A stretch of 64,000 nucleotides of DNA from Tetramitus jugosus (lineage: Eukaryota > Protista > Heterolobosea), in contig OW569352.1 in the NCBI GenBank assembly GCA_937625935.1, forward strand, positions 310,001-374,000, in the 5' to 3' direction. A program made the position numbers and the translations under genes. The notes under the pieces were generated by a model. That model searched no databases, was not told the DNA's origin, and saw nothing but the letters and a program-made list of their open reading frames with translations. Of this stretch, positions 42,253 to 53,847 are shown in pieces (position 1 is the stretch's first letter; every line of letters starts with the position of its first letter).

Positions 42253-44155
42253 TTATTTTTTTACTGGTGCTTTTTTCTTTTTCCGAGGTGCTGCCTTGGT
42301 GTACATGACATAATAGTTTTCTTTCTCTGGCATCTTCGGATTATGTTTCAGTATTTGACATCTGGAGGAATAAGTCCTTAATATGGTTATTTCACTCTCC
42401 GATATATTACATTCAGAGATTACCATTCTCGAGAGTGGTTTGATTGTATGAATAAGCTCTAATAGTGCTTGGACAGTAACCTTTTTGCAAGAACAGAGCT
42501 CGACACACCTGAGATTGTGACATGACTGACAAATAATCTTCAAAGTTGCATCACTTATGTTACTGCATCCATTAAGTGAAAGAAATTGAGTATTATGTGC
42601 GTATTTGGCAATATTCTGAGCAGCGTCGTCTGTCAACTGAGAAACCCCAGTTAACTCTAGTACTTTAAGTGACCGAGCAAATTTTGACAACAGAGAAAGA
42701 CATTGTGATGTGATTGAAACTTGGTCACATAACATCATCCGTAACGTTTCCAAGTGGCTACAATGCTTATAAATGGAACTAATTCCCTCATCTCCAACTT
42801 GATTGCATCCACTAATATCTAGATGCAGAAGTTTCGGACAATACTCAGATACATATTGCAGGGCAATATCAGAGAGATTCGAACAATAACTCATGTCTAA
42901 TACCTCCATTTGGCTACAGTTCTTGATATCAAAGAATGCATCTCCTGTGATTTTGTCACAAGAATGTGCAGATAGGACTCGAATATTAGGGCAATGTCTA
43001 AATATCTCCTTGATTGCCTCATCAGTTAGCAAATGGCACATCCTATTGGAGAAGATATTAGTTCCTATCATCTGATGATGTACAAATATGAATCACGACT
43101 TACCCCAAATTTATGAACTTCAACTCGGGACAACCATTTGATATTATTCGTATTGTTGAATCAATTACCTGAGTGCAGTTTTGCAAATTGAGTGTGACCA
43201 ATGAAGGACAATACTGCCCTATGCTTGTTAACACCTTGTTATTCAGCCAATTGCAATTCTCTAAGTCCAACTCTTGAACAAACTCAGTTGATAAGTATGT
43301 GAAAAGCGTGTTATTCGTAATATGAGATTTTTCAATGAATGAGGATATTCTAGATGGTCTCTTTGTGTTAGGGTGATATATCGAATTGACTGAGCGACCT
43401 GTTGGTGCGGCAGAATAAGTCCTCCAAGTAGGATCCGATACAGATGGAGGAATATATCGTTGTCCTGAATCGCTGATGGATATTGAGCTTAAGTGATCTA
43501 TCAATTCTTTGTTTGCTCCCATGTCAGATTCTCCATCCAACCGTGAAGACATGAGACTTTGTGAATTCCTTGTTTGAATTGTGCTCGTAAAATATTCAGA
43601 AGAAGTTCTCTTCGAGGCATTCACATCAGCTTGAAGAAATCGGTCGTAATCATCTATAAAATACGCACTTGTGGCACCTCTATTCGAAAGCGTTGAATTT
43701 CCTTCACTGATCTTCAGTAGAGTTACTGCTCTTGGTTGTTTGTACACGCTCAGAATTTGTTTTTTCAGCTCGTCGTCTTCTCCTGGGATGAAATCAGTTG
43801 CTCCTTTCGATATTTCGAGAGTAGAATTCTTCACCTCGTGGTTTAGTATCTTCTCCTTTAAATAATCATCAGCCCTCGATCGAAACATGTAGTCTTCGTT
43901 CTCGAAGATCACACTTGGATCAATAAGAGCTCTTTCTCTCTCTTCTTCTTGTCTTTGTTTCAATGAAGGTAAAATAGGAAGATGTTTTTTGATTTCCTCT
44001 TGTAATCTCTCATCCTCATGAGCCAGATTGTCAGGGTTTAATGGGAAGGTGTACAACGGTTCATGCTTTGGTGGAGGAGGAGGAGGTGGAGGTTCCTTCT
44101 TTCCCTTTCCTTTCGTTGCTTCCTTTTTCTTTCCTTTAGGGGCTGAGGAAGGCAT
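42253..44155 (-). CDS. Cys-containing leucine-rich-repeat protein (FBXL/AMN1-type LRR), 2 exons
   Basis: Repeats such as CPKLLHLDISGCNQVGDEG; intron 43043-43103 joins the two ORFs; Lys/Pro-rich termini. Confidence 0.82.
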
Positions 44156-44324
44156 TTTGGTGATTTGAAATTTTGTGTGCACGGCTCAGAAAATTCTGCG
44201 ATAAAAAGTTGTAGATGGCGGGCAACGTTATTGACTGCGCACAAAAGGAAAAGCTGGCAAAAATGTTGAAGGAGGATAGATAAACCAAAGACGTTTTATT
44301 GATTTGGTTGGACTCAATATCACC

Positions 44325-45428
44325 TTAAATCTCCCAATCCTCATCAGAATCATCACTGTCGTCAACAACAGCAGCTCTTCTAGCATTCATGGCTTGTTGA
44401 ATCTTGTTTGCAAGGGAGCTCTGTTGAGTTTCAGACATTTGATCAAGCTTTGGAATATCAGACTCAGTGACCTTCTTGAGCTTGGTCTCACGAATCATTG
44501 TCAACATGTCGGTTGAAGCTGGAGCATCACCACTGCCCATATCGCTAGATGATGAAGCACTGTGGAAGGCGGCTCTTGGTGGAGGAGGTGGACCGTTGCT
44601 GAGAGAAGTAGATGGTGGAGGTGGAGCAGACTTCATTGGACCTGGTGGAGGTGGTGGAGGAGGTGCGGAAGAAGATGAGCCAGTGTTGCTGCTGACTGGT
44701 GGAGCTGGAGCACCACTTCTTGGTGGAGGAGGCAATGGAACATCACCTGCTGTAGCAATGGTCTTCATGATGAACTTTGCAGTCTTCTTGTCCTTCAATT
44801 CCTCCTCGGTAATACCAGCCTTCTCGAAAATGGACTTCCACTCGGGAGGGATATCTCCGAAACCAGCCTTTCCAGAGAAACCAAGATGAGAAACGTGCTT
44901 AAAGTTCTTGGCACCAGAGATGACTGGTCTAGCACGTTGTTCTTCCTTCTTTCCTCCAAACAAACCTCTGATCTTTGATCCGAAACCAGTCTTCTCTGCT
45001 GCAGCAGGAGCAGCAGTCTTGGTGACAACCTTGGTTGGCATGACACTGTTGCACAGACTGATGATTCCCTTGGTCGTAATCAAGAATTGCTTTGCGTCAA
45101 ATGACTCTGCAAAACTGAGACCAAACACTGTGGAATCACCTTCGAATGCGTGCATGTAAGGAGTGAGTTCCTTGTAATCGAAATCCTTGTAAGCTTCCTG
45201 CACCAAGACACATCTCTTGGAGCTCAAATCAGTAAAGGACAAGTACAGTGCGCTGATCTTTGGGTCCATGGTAACACTGACGATACCACAATATCCAGTG
45301 TACTCCCAGGAGGAACCACCATTGGAAGTGTAGAGACGAGCAGGTGCGTTGGCCTTGAGGTCAGATGATTGGCAGCCCAATGCTTGAGCAGCTACCATGA
45401 GTTCATCATTTGTGAGAGTAACAGTCAT
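44325..45428 (-). CDS. WASP: Wiskott-Aldrich syndrome protein (Arp2/3 activator)
   Basis: WH1 domain, CRIB ISGAKNFKHVSHLG, polyproline, WH2 (MLTMIRETKLKKV), central helix and acidic DDSDEDWEI end. Confidence 0.93.
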   Translation of the reverse strand: MTVTLTNDELMVAAQALGCQSSDLKANAPARLYTSNGGSSWEYTGYCGIVSVTMDPKISALYLSFTDLSSKRCVLVQEAYKDFDYKELTPYMHAFEGDSTVFGLSFAESFDAKQFLITTKGIISLCNSVMPTKVVTKTAAPAAAEKTGFGSKIRGLFGGKKEEQRARPVISGAKNFKHVSHLGFSGKAGFGDIPPEWKSIFEKAGITEEELKDKKTAKFIMKTIATAGDVPLPPPPRSGAPAPPVSSNTGSSSSAPPPPPPPGPMKSAPPPPSTSLSNGPPPPPRAAFHSASSSSDMGSGDAPASTDMLTMIRETKLKKVTESDIPKLDQMSETQQSSLANKIQQAMNARRAAVVDDSDDSDEDWEI

Positions 45429-45689
45429 TTTCTTGTTTTTTACAGTTGTTGGTCGAAAATAAGTGTTGCTTGTGATATTTTTTTTTATGGACGGTGCTCT
45501 GTTGTTGTCGGTGACCAGCTTTGAGGCACTTGTTCCCTGTCAGTTCGTTTCCTTTGTGGTCACCTGTCAGACGTGTATTTTTGTAAGAAAACCGGGAAAA
45601 AGAACCGGAGTTATCATATTATCACGACTACAAAGAAAATTGAACAACATTCAAAAAACACTTCAAAAGAGAGACACCAGAGGAGAGAG

Positions 45690-47375
45690 ATGGCATCAGT
45701 AGATCACGATAGATCACAAACACCCATGATCGAACTAATCATTAGACAATCATCAGGAGACAAGAAAGACGTTTCAGTCATTGTTCCTCTTTCTTCCACT
45801 GTTCATCAACTAAAACAGAAGCTTACTGAGATGAATGTGATTGATCCAATCGAAGACAAAACCAGTAAGCTTACTCGATTTATCTTTGCAGGTAGATTCC
45901 TCAACGAGAGTGATTGCTTTGCTGATGCCTTGAAGAGAGTTTCTCCGACTCCGACAGCTCAAGAAGCACAATCGAATGAAGAGAGAGATCATTTGAAGCA
46001 TGGGATTGTAGGACGACATACGATTCACATGATCCATACCAATCGATCTTTGCTCACTCATCCTACACCGAATAATACTCCGACTTCCGCTACGATTCAA
46101 ACAGAAGCTGCGAGAAACGTCACATTTTCACCATGGACATCCGCTTCTTCTTCTTCGTCATCATCAGCTTCGTCAGTAGCTTCCTCTTCAGCATCATCTT
46201 CAGCATCATCTTCAGCGTCAGCGTCTTCATCATCTTCGCCTCATCAAACAACAAGAAGAACAACAACAACAACAGACGATTCATTGAATCATAGTCACCT
46301 CAACCATACTCCATCAACAACTAATTCCAACAATACGACTCCAAACACAAGTGCCACTAATGAGAGTCATAGCAGTAGTAGTGCTACGACTCACAATAAT
46401 AGTCATCCATTTGTCAACAACATGCCTGCTTTTGATCCATCAATGAACGCACTGTACACTCAACAAATGATGTTGATGCAAATGATGTACATGAATACGC
46501 AGTTTGGTACGAGTACGATTCCTCTCTTTCCACCTCCACAAACCTTTATTCCCAATTCCATGATGTTGAACTCTCCTCTGATTGCACCAACAACAACAGC
46601 AACAACAACAGCAACGAGATCAACCACTGAATCACAATCGAGTGCGTCAGCAAGTAATAGTGTTTTTTTGACACCTCAACAACAACTTCAATTCTTATTG
46701 ATGCAACAACAGCAACAACAGCAGCAGCAGCAGCAGCAGAATGTTTCTAGAGATGATGCAACTTTAGCTCCTAGTGCATCAACTGGTGTATCATCTACTA
46801 GCAGCACGGTTGCTCCTCCTGCTACTGCAGCAGCTGAGCAGATCAATGCTGTTCCACTGCAACAACAACAGAATGAAGTGCAAAACCAACCAATTCAACA
46901 AGAACAACCACCTCAACAACAACAGCATGATGAACAGCCACAACCACAGAGATTGATCGGAGAGCCACAAGCAGGTAATCGCCAACAGCAACGAAATCGA
47001 TTCTTCAACATCATTGTCCGATGTGGCATGTTGTCATTCATATTATTCTCTGGACAGGGTCTTTATCGATGGTTCTTGTTTACGATTGGATTTTTGTTGA
47101 GCTACTTTGTGATTGATTACTTTTCGGCTCGAGCAGAGAGAGTACAGAGAGAAAGACAGCACAGAGAACAACAACAGCGCGAACAACCAAATTTTGGTCA
47201 AGAAGCAGAAGAGGAAGCCAATCGACAACAGAATGAAACAGAGGCTGATGTTGTCGAACAGGTACAACGTGGTTTATTTGGAACAATTTTCCACATCATT
47301 TATTTATTCTTCTATTCATTATTGCCTTCCTATCAACCCAGGGCAACTCGGAGAAGACATGAACACCAAGACTAA
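45690..47375 (+). CDS. Ubiquitin-like domain membrane protein (HERP/TMUB-like architecture)
   Basis: N-terminal UBL (TVHQLKQKL...RFIFAGRFLNE...TIHM), long S/Q-rich linker, C-terminal TM segments ending FFYSLLP. Confidence 0.7.
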   Translation: MASVDHDRSQTPMIELIIRQSSGDKKDVSVIVPLSSTVHQLKQKLTEMNVIDPIEDKTSKLTRFIFAGRFLNESDCFADALKRVSPTPTAQEAQSNEERDHLKHGIVGRHTIHMIHTNRSLLTHPTPNNTPTSATIQTEAARNVTFSPWTSASSSSSSSASSVASSSASSSASSSASASSSSSPHQTTRRTTTTTDDSLNHSHLNHTPSTTNSNNTTPNTSATNESHSSSSATTHNNSHPFVNNMPAFDPSMNALYTQQMMLMQMMYMNTQFGTSTIPLFPPPQTFIPNSMMLNSPLIAPTTTATTTATRSTTESQSSASASNSVFLTPQQQLQFLLMQQQQQQQQQQQQNVSRDDATLAPSASTGVSSTSSTVAPPATAAAEQINAVPLQQQQNEVQNQPIQQEQPPQQQQHDEQPQPQRLIGEPQAGNRQQQRNRFFNIIVRCGMLSFILFSGQGLYRWFLFTIGFLLSYFVIDYFSARAERVQRERQHREQQQREQPNFGQEAEEEANRQQNETEADVVEQVQRGLFGTIFHIIYLFFYSLLPSYQPRATRRRHEHQD

Positions 47376-47646
47376 TGTAAAGTACTTTTCCCTTACTATT
47401 TTGATTGAATCACCCCTCACTCGTACTTCCTCGCTCGGAACGAGACATGGACCCTGAATCATCGTCTGTTAGATGCAAGAGTTCTCGCGGACTCTTCAAG
47501 GGTTCCGTTGCAATTCACCGTATCATCAATGATTTCGTTGAAGGAATAAAGTTGTTGTGTAAAAAGATCCCCACAGTGTAAAATTCTCTCAGAAGCGCCC
47601 CTTACTATTTACAAACAACAAAACAACCAACAAGCACCAAAACACC

Positions 47647-48858
47647 ATGTCAAAGAAATCCCAACAACAATCTTCCTCTGCTTCCAACGTGGTCAAATTT
47701 GGTCGCGTGAGAAACACACTCAAAATGGGTGTCGTCGGTCTTCCAAACGTCGGTAAATCCAGTCTGTTCAATCTCATGACCGAACAGAGCACTGCTGCAG
47801 AAAACTATCCATTCTGTACGATTGAACCAAGTGAGGCCCGTTGTCCCGTGCCTGATTCCCGTTACGATTACTTGTGTGATATTTGGAAGCCTCCTTCCAT
47901 GTATCCTGCGTATTTGATGGTGACTGATATTGCTGGACTGATCAAGGGTGCTAGTGAAGGTGCTGGATTGGGCAATGCCTTCTTGTCTCACATTCAAGCA
48001 GTCGATGGACTGTATCATGTTGTGAGAGCTTTTGAAAATGATGATGTGGTGCACGTGGAGGACTCTGTGGATCCGGTGCGTGATTTGGAGACGATTCAAA
48101 GCGAGTTGTGCAAGAAGGATTTGGAGATTTTGGCTCGAATGGTTCACAGTGAAGAATTGCAGGTGAAGAAGGCTGGAGGAGCGTTCAAACTGAGTCCACT
48201 GTTTATTGACACTGCTGCCAAGCTGAAGGAAATGTTGAGCAATAATGTCCCAATCAGAGATGGAACTTGGTCCTCGATTGAAATTGAACTCATTAATGAC
48301 AAGGCTCAGTTCATTACGACAAAGCCAGTCATCTACTTGATTAACATGTCACAAACTGATTTTATTCGCAAGAAGAACAAGTGGTTGGCAAAGATTCACC
48401 AGTGGATTACTACACATGGTGGTGGTACAATGATTCCATTTAGTGTGGAGTTTGAGACCAATTTGTGGAACCTCAAGGATTCCCCATCTGAACGGGAAGA
48501 ATTTTTGAAGATGCACAACTGTATCTCAAGTTTGCCAAAGATTACTACCAATGGATACCAAACATTGGGTTTGAGTTACTACTTTACTGCTGGTGAAAAG
48601 GAGGTGAGATGCTGGACGATTCGTCAAGGATGTTTGGCCCCACAAGCTGCCGGAGTCATTCATTCTGATTTTGAAAGAGGATTTATCAAGGCAGAAGTTG
48701 TGGCATATGACGACTTTGTGACTTATAGTGGTGGAAAGAAGAGCATGGCTGACGTGAAGAATGCAGGAAAGTACAGACAAGAAGGAAAGACCTATGTTGT
48801 GCAAGATGGAGATATTATTCATTTCCAGTTCAATGTTACAACTCAAAAGAAGAAGTAA
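47647..48858 (+). CDS. OLA1: Obg-like ATPase 1 (YchF family)
   Basis: GVVGLPNVGKS, NYPFCTIEP, DIAGL, GLGNAFLSHI, APQAAGVIHSDFERGFIKAEV, TGS domain. Confidence 0.96.
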   Translation: MSKKSQQQSSSASNVVKFGRVRNTLKMGVVGLPNVGKSSLFNLMTEQSTAAENYPFCTIEPSEARCPVPDSRYDYLCDIWKPPSMYPAYLMVTDIAGLIKGASEGAGLGNAFLSHIQAVDGLYHVVRAFENDDVVHVEDSVDPVRDLETIQSELCKKDLEILARMVHSEELQVKKAGGAFKLSPLFIDTAAKLKEMLSNNVPIRDGTWSSIEIELINDKAQFITTKPVIYLINMSQTDFIRKKNKWLAKIHQWITTHGGGTMIPFSVEFETNLWNLKDSPSEREEFLKMHNCISSLPKITTNGYQTLGLSYYFTAGEKEVRCWTIRQGCLAPQAAGVIHSDFERGFIKAEVVAYDDFVTYSGGKKSMADVKNAGKYRQEGKTYVVQDGDIIHFQFNVTTQKKK

Positions 48859-49015
48859 ATCTACTCTCTCGTTTTATAATCGCGATCACTTAGGTAAATT
48901 GACTGGTCTGTATCAGATCATTCGCTTTCATCCACGATTTGGGCATGATGTCGTTCGTTTGATAACAAACAATGGCAGATTTACAAACATCGATGAAGAG
49001 GAGTTGTGATTGAAT

Positions 49016-50801
49016 TTACTCATTGGTGTAAATACATATCCTTCCATCACTATTGCACACGAACAATTCATTTGTATTTTCATTAAAGTGGATACAACAT
49101 GCGTCCCCTAGTTTTTCATCTTCAATTTTGGAAATCAAATGACCATTGCTAATGCTGGAGAAGTGAATTGATCTCCTATGTTGCTAAGTAATGTCACAAG
49201 TGTTAGAATTGTTCAGTTTAAAACTCAACCCTATGATGACCTACCTCGAGAGGAACAATACAACTAGATATCAACACATTCTCTTCTCTTGGAATGAAGG
49301 TTGTGTTGGTGTTTCCTTTAGAACACGTGACAAAGGTGTCTTCTAAGCTACGTAATGGTTAGTAATAGATATTTTTGTACAATTAATAAGAGGAGCCAAC
49401 TTACTCAAAGCATACAGTGCCATTAGTGTCCAATACTGACGCTCTTCTGCCAAAAAATCCCAAAACTTGTTTCCTCGTCAAAAGAGAAACGAAAACATCT
49501 GGTTCTCTGTTCAATGTTGATGCTCTCTCGGTCAGAGTCGTGAGCTTTACAACGAATCAAGTATGTAAGTATGATTGTGCGGATAGTAAAATGTTCAAAG
49601 AACTTACATCAATAATTCTAAGATTGCAACCACTTTGTTTAAATAAAAGGGTATCCCCTAAAACTTCAATCATACTAACACCATCTGCTTTCGTTAGTCG
49701 GATTCGAAAGTTGTATATCACCTTACGGGTCTCCAAGTCCACAATCTTTATCGGCAACTTACTCTCCGTAATCTCATACACTAGGAGAAGACAACCAAGC
49801 CTGGATGACTTAGTTAGTATGCGAATATTCAGGTTTTACATCCCAATGAAATTGATCACCATACCCTGGCTTTATGGATTGCAAGTTTTTGTCCTTCACT
49901 GCAAATAACACACCGTAAGTTTCCATCGACCAGAACTTAAACGTACTATACCAAAAGAAGCATTTAGTAGTTAGGATGATTCAAAGATATTGTGTATTAT
50001 GAGCCTACCTCGATGAATCACTGAATGTAATAATTAAACCATTCACTTCGTCCAACTCGACATAACTATCTTCCTGAAATCCATTGTCAGCAAAATCCAA
50101 TGTTCAACATGCCTTGAGAACTACCTACCAAAAATTGTTCATTTGGGAATAACGAAATGTTACTATCTAACTCTCTCTGTTCCAAGTTCCTGATTGATAG
50201 TCTTTGACATTTGACTTCAGGTGTTTCACCCTTCTGGAGAACAAAAAATATCATGTCTCCTCGAAGTTTGTTGTGGAATAAACTAATAATTGCTTGATTT
50301 GGCTCCAGAGGAAAACTTCCAATACATTGTTTAGATACTGATAGAGAAGTGTTACTTTCGAAACACACGATGCAACATGATTGAAAAAGACAGAACAAAG
50401 TGTTACATCGACTATAGATTTCACATCGACCATCCACAAGAACCACTATTACCTTAGACGAGGGAGAGCACAGTTCATGGATTTTTGAGAGGGGAGTATC
50501 AAACGTTGATACAATCTCAATTTCCTCCTGTTGAAAACAATTTGAGTCAGTCAGGGATAAAAAGCATACAACTGAGCAAAGTACGAACTTTGAAAGCGAA
50601 ATTAGTGTATCGAAGATACATTGACTCTTTATCAAACTTCTTCAATCCCAACTGCCTTTCCAAGAGAAATTTGACAGTATTGATGCTAGATGACCCAAAA
50701 GCTTTCACTTGATTATGAACACTACCTTCGGTTTCAAATATCCTTCTGTGCTTAGCTTTTTTGTAGCTCTTGTTGCTACTGGGTTTGAGAGGTCGTTTCA
50801 T
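49016..50801 (-). CDS. Multi-exon uncharacterised beta-rich (propeller-like) protein
   Basis: Fragments MKRPLKP..., SLFHNKLRGDMIF, YVELDEVNGLIITFS, LPIKIVDLET...LLFKQSGCNLRIIDV, NTNTTFI, NELFVCNSDGRICIYTNE* are separated by many GT..AG/CTAAC introns. Exact exon structure not resolved. Confidence 0.6.
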
Positions 50802-50927
50802 AGTCTGAAATACAAGTGTTTTGTTTGCTTAAGCTAACTAAGCTTGGTTTCGAGGAAAGTTGTTCGACCATTCCGTAGTGAAACTATCGGCGCGATTTTC
50901 GCAGCAAACCACCCAATCACGCAGCTA

Positions 50928-52913
50928 TCACGAGGGCACGAGTTTTGATGAGAAAACGGGAACATTTTCAGTCTCTGTGAGCTCACTAGTGTCGGTTTCG
51001 GTGTGATACAAAACTGTTGGACTATCTGTAGGAGAATGAGTCAAGCGGAAGGAAACATTCGTTTCCAACTTCATCCCCTCTGTGGAATAAAGAGAGTGTT
51101 GCAAGCGCTCGGGGACGTCATAAGTTCTCCTTAATTTTTGGACTGGTTTCCGAGGCCTTTGCTCGAAACTCTCTTGCACATCAATGCCCATATCTATCAG
51201 TTTTTCTCTGGAGGCAACGTGACCTAAAGAAGCTGCAGCTCTAAATAATCGATGAGCTTCACTCACATTCTTTACACAGCCCCTTCCTGATTCCAGCATC
51301 ATTGCTAGATTGAACATTGCGTCTACGTGACCGTTTTGAGAAGCCTCTTTGTACCATTTCACAGCCTTGGTATGATCTTCTGCTACACCTATTCCTTCTT
51401 CATGCATGATTCCAAGGTTATTCTGGGAGTCTGGTACCCCTTGGACAGCACTAAGATAATAGTAATGGGCTGCTTGAGCTCTATCCTGGACAATATTCTC
51501 TGCGCCACTGTAAAGAATGTCTCCTAATTGCTTTTGTGCCGTGGCATGTCCAAGATCGGCAGCTTTCTGGTAGTATTTGAGGGCAACATCAATCGAAGGA
51601 GTTGTATCCAACCCTTTTTCATACAATTGAGCAATATTGTACAGAGCATCCACACTTCCTCGACTAGAAGCCTCATGTAAAAGTTCTTTCGCACTATCAA
51701 ACTGCTGTTGTAACATCATAATGTAGCCGAGATTATTCATAGCATGGATTGACCCCAACTCTGCAGCTCTTTGATATAGAGATGCAGCTAATGCCAGATC
51801 TCGTACTACTCCATGTCCTTCCTCATAGCAAATTCCTAAATTATTCAGCGCAAAAACATATCCTTGCTCAGCACTCTTTCGGAACAACTCGACTGCTTCA
51901 TTTAAGTCCCTTGTCACACCAACTCCATTGTAGTACAAGTTACCGAGATGATTTTGAGCAGCCGCATACCCCTTATCAGCAGCTTTACGGAACCAAGCAA
52001 CAGCTTTCTCTTCGCTCTTCTTGGTACCGAACCCTAATAAAAGAGCATTAGCATAATTCGTCATTCCATCCATATGATCCATATCCGCTGCTTTTGAAAA
52101 GTACTTGACTGCCTCTCGTGGATTCTTCTCCAACACGGTGTTTCCTTCCTGATAAAATATTCCAATTTGATTTAAGGCATCAGGGTAGTTGTTCTTGGCT
52201 GACAACATGATCCACTTGACTCCTTCGTTCTCACTCTTCTTTGTTCCTTGCCCGTTCAAGTACATTGAACCAACCGAGAGTTGAGCCCGAGAATAACCGA
52301 TTCTAGCCGCAGCCAAATATAATCTGAATGCAGCTTCGTAATTCTGAGTTAAACCATGACCAAAGAAGTGCTTATCCGCACTCAAACACATCTCTCCAGC
52401 CTCAGTTATATCCAAAGTATCAAAAGCAGGATAACCAGCTACCAAACCCAATTGGCTCACTCCATTGACCGCAGTTTTTGCAGTAAGGAAGGATATCTTC
52501 ATTCCTAATAATGAAATCACATGATCCAACTCGAAAACTGTTCTTTTACACTCCTTCTTGAACCTAGAGATCACAAAGAACTTGGCGATGAGAATCTTAT
52601 CAAATAATCCGTTGACGCTCTTCAATACTTCGGCAAGCAAGAGTAAAGTTTTATCTATCTCATGATCCTGGTTCCTCTTGTACAAATCAGAACCCCACAG
52701 ATCAATCTCTTTCTGTATCGAATAAATCAAAATGTTCAATACGAATGCTCAGAACGACACTATCATTCTCGAATTAGTAGTACATACATCAATTTGCTCT
52801 AATCTTGTCAGGATGTTTCTTCCACGTGACTCGAGTTTAGGTTCACATTGACGAGCTAGAGCCACAGAACGTTTAAGAAGAACATTCAGCTCTTCCATCT
52901 TTATCATCATCAT
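50928..52913 (-). CDS. Sel1-like repeat protein with N-terminal helical-bundle domain, 2 exons
   Basis: About 11 Sel1 repeats (AQNHLGNLYYNGVGVTRDLNEAVELFRKSAEQG); intron 52713-52787 adds the upstream exon. Confidence 0.88.
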
Positions 52914-53071
52914 AGCGTCCGAATTCGAGGTAATAATATTGTTTATCTGGTTGTTTGAGTGGATGAAAGGCCCAAATCCTAACGTAAATCGCCCAAAACT
53001 GAAAAACGATTCAGGGAAAAGATTCATACGGATCAGTTCGCACGCCTCGGTCGGAATATCTAAACACCATC

Positions 53072-53752
53072 CTACACGACTCTCGCTTTACTGATGACGT
53101 GACTCAAAAATGCAGGATATCCTTGAGGTATTTGATACTTGTACTGCTCGACAATATCCTTTGCAACCTTTAGAACATTTGAGCTGCCTTCAAGAGCAAC
53201 ACTGAATATGTAACCCTGTTCCATGCGCTTCTGATCACTATCTAGCGTCACAGGAAATTCATACTTGAAGTTTACTTCTTCCACAGAGTACTTGATCTTC
53301 TCTTTGTGCTCCTTTTGCTTGCTCCTCTTCTTGTCCACACGGACAAGCGTGTAGGAGCCCTGGTCCAACAATTGAAGACACTCTGTTGCCTCATAAACTG
53401 ACTCAACATTCGATTTCAACACATTCTTCACCTGCTCAATCAACTCTGGATTCAATTGAAGTGTCGAGTAATCTTCCCACACAAAATCTGCATTAAAAGT
53501 CGAGAAGGAAACACTGATTGCCTTACTCCACCTCTCCATGCCAGTCTTGTCTCTCGCAGATCGAACCTTGAGCTCAATCAGAGGTCTTCCATCACCCATG
53601 ACATCTCTGATTTTGAGTCCGAGCTTTGTACGATCACTAAAGTTTGTCGTGTCTTCATCGAACACAAAGTACAAATCGGATCGAACCTTGTGTATCTCAC
53701 TCGTGTCATATGACTCGGATGAATCGCACTCTTTGAACACTCGCCACTCCAT
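53072..53752 (-). CDS. CYTH-like (triphosphate tunnel) protein, divergent subfamily
   Basis: MEWRVF, RSDLY, GLKIR, ELKVR, ERWSK, VDKKR, SVALEG, GYPAFL pattern. Confidence 0.6.
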   Translation of the reverse strand: MEWRVFKECDSSESYDTSEIHKVRSDLYFVFDEDTTNFSDRTKLGLKIRDVMGDGRPLIELKVRSARDKTGMERWSKAISVSFSTFNADFVWEDYSTLQLNPELIEQVKNVLKSNVESVYEATECLQLLDQGSYTLVRVDKKRSKQKEHKEKIKYSVEEVNFKYEFPVTLDSDQKRMEQGYIFSVALEGSSNVLKVAKDIVEQYKYQIPQGYPAFLSHVISKARVV

Positions 53753-53847
53753 GATGAACTTGATATTATTTTATTGCACACACAAGCTTTTTGTTGTTGT
53801 TTGCTTTTTTTGCTTTCTGCAGTGCAGGAATAGTAGGAACTCGCTGA

